From: Mobula birostris
Taxonomy: Eukaryota
Direction of reading: 5' to 3'
Length of the DNA: 64,000 nt
Assembly (NCBI RefSeq): GCF_030028105.1
Contig: NC_092379.1
Coordinates: 29,009,821-29,073,820 of the forward strand
This document shows, piece by piece, positions 62,201-64,000 of the stretch (within the stretch, counting starts at the first letter, position 1; each line of letters opens with the position of its first letter). A program made the translations under genes and the position numbers. The notes beneath the pieces were generated by a model. It was given only the letters and a program-made list of their open reading frames with translations. It did not search any database and had not been told where the DNA came from.

Positions 62201-62725
62201 ATCACCTTTGTTCCTGATGCTTCTTGCATTGAAGTTCACACATTTCAACCCTTCTACCTTGCTACCTTTACACCCTTTATTCTGCTACTCTTTCCTCAAA
62301 GCCTCTCTATATGTTAGATCTGGCTTTACTCCGTGCACTTCTTTCACTGCTCTATCGCTCTGGGTCCCATTCCCCTTGCAAATTAGTTTAAACCCTCCCG
62401 AACTATTCTCGCAAACCTACCTGCAAAGATATTGCTCCCCCTCGAGTTCAGGTGCAACCCATCCAATCTGTACAGGTCCCACCTTCCCCAGAAGAGATCC
62501 CAATGATCCAAAAATCTAAAACCCTGCCCCCTGCACCAACTCCTCAGCCACGCATTCAACTGCCATCTCCTCCAATTCTTACCATCACTATCACGTAGCA
62601 CTGGCATCAATCCTGAGAACGCCACCCTTGAGGTCCCGTTCTTCAGCCTGCGGCCTGGTTCCCGAAACTCACACTTCAAGACCTCATCCCTCTTCCTACC
62701 TATGTCGTTGGTACCAACATATATC
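59241..62725 (-). mobile_element. CR1 LINE, longest copy (ORF1 esterase end, APE endonuclease, RT), disabled
   Basis: VGTNDIGRKRDEVL...DGLHLNSRG (SGNH ORF1), GVFYRPP...MADFNVPNIDW (EN), LGDSDH, NYRPVSLT, and the 3' tail at 59241. Internal deletion/PLE insertion near 60012-60165. Confidence 0.93.
60012..60165 (-). mobile_element. Penelope-like terminus nested in CR1, with a mutated hammerhead
   Basis: Reverse strand TTAGTC-CTGACGA-AGGGTCTCGGCCT-CAAACATCGACTG, then the PLE terminus. Confidence 0.7.
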
Positions 62726-63494
62726 GGGACTAATTTTTGATGAACCCTATAGAAAGTATCATTTCCAGGTGCATCATGGCTTGAATGGCAAATGTTCTGA
62801 CCGTGACTGCAAGAAATGTGGCCGAGATGTAGACACAACCTAGCACATTACTGATAGAACATGAATTCTGCCTGCACTCTTGCTGAATCAGTGAAACACC
62901 CAGCATGATCAAAATATTATCCATTCCAGACATTCGTTCATTCTCCCCTCCGATCGGGCAACAGATATAGAAGCATTAGTGTCAACCTCTAAAATTCTAT
63001 TAAAAGACAACTGCATAGTTCCCCTGTAAGAGAAGTTGAACACGTGACCTCACAAACTAAATCAAACGAAATTCACCATTTCGTCAACTTGCACAACACT
63101 TTCTTTGCAGCTGCTTAACTGTATTGCCAATTCTGTTGATGACTCAGCTTTTACACCCTCAATGCACAATGCAATGATTTGATGCCTGTAAAGATATGCA
63201 AGGCAGTAATTTCACTGTGGATAAGTCACTTTTTAACCAAAGCCTAAACCAGCTGGTCAGTCTGTGTGAGTAAACAGGGTGAGGCAAGAAATTAAGCCGG
63301 CATTATTTAAAGTATAGGATATAGCGTTAGCGAGTAAACGTGGCAGTGGTCGTGTCCAGAAGTATGTTTTATTTGTCAACGTGCTAAATTCTGCTCCCTG
63401 ATATCTCCAGGAACCCTGTTTTAGTTCGACCACTGAATTTGTCTGAAGGTATGTCTTGACGTGCCCATGTGTCTCGCTCCTCCGGAATCCGAAA

Positions 63495-64000
63495 GACCGT
63501 AAGACCATAAGTTATAGAGACAGAAGTACGTCATTCAGCCCATCGAGTCTGCCCTGCCATTCAATCATGGGCTGATCCAATTCTTCCAGTCATCGCCACT
63601 CCTCTGCCTTCTCTCCATACCCTTTGATGTTCAGGCTAATCAAGAACCCATCTATCTCTGCCTAATGCACCCAGTGACTTGGCCTCTACAACCCCTCGTG
63701 GCAACTAATTCCAGATTTACTGCCCTCTGACTAATGTAATTTCTCTTCTGTCCTAAGTGGACGTCTTTCAATCCTGAAGTCGTGCCCTCTCCTTTTAGAC
63801 TCCCTTACCATGGGAACTAACTTTGCCATATCTAATCATATCAGGCCTTCTAACATTCGGAATGTTTCTATGAGAGCGCTCGTCATTCTGAACTCCAGGG
63901 AATACAGCCCAGGAGCTGCCAGACGTTCCTCATACGGTAATCCTTTCATTCCTGGAATCATTCTCGTGAATCTTCTCTGAACCATCTCTAAAGTCAGTAT
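63495..64000 (-). mobile_element. CR1 3' end, continues beyond the window
   Basis: Tail gaccataag, CR1 3' UTR and decayed ORF2 C-terminal sequence. Confidence 0.8.

Noticed and set aside
1-64000. D, J or C segments, NAR-TCR V, TAILV or IgH-type V segments known from shark TCR delta loci
   Set aside because: I found no FGxG J motif with a 12-RSS, no doubly RSS-flanked D, and no IgNAR- or VH-like frame. Absence is from manual reading only.

Overview
Vertebrate genomic DNA, very probably a cartilaginous fish. That is inferred from the repeat set (CR1 LINEs with an SGNH-esterase ORF1, Penelope-like elements, Rex1/Babar and RTE fragments) and from the V-segment sequences. The window is part of the variable-segment array of an antigen-receptor locus, best matching TCR alpha/delta V (TRAV/TRDV-like). 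Each V has a 46-nt leader exon, a short intron, a ~290-300-nt V exon ending in YLCAM/YLCVM, and a 23-spacer RSS. Four V segments have an intact leader, splice sites, reading frame and RSS (889-1308, 33500-33932, 46896-47319, 51531-51962, all minus strand). About 18 more are disabled or fragmentary, one of them inverted, and further near-unrecognisable relics are likely. I saw no convincing D, J or C segment. The array was built by tandem block duplication and is heavily invaded by retroelements, including a three-level nested insertion and Penelope termini carrying minimal hammerhead ribozyme motifs. The most notable signal is a conserved non-coding module just downstream of the V RSSs: nonamer, then 14-24 nt, then a CTCF-consensus motif pointing toward the presumed J-C side, then 42-45 nt, then a CACGTGA E-box. 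It is shared across three V families, and the E-box is a perfect CACGTGAC at all four intact genes. There are three assembly gaps (N runs at 31379-31530, 49110-49265, 52199-52351). V, RSS and motif coordinates were counted by hand. Repeat boundaries are approximate.
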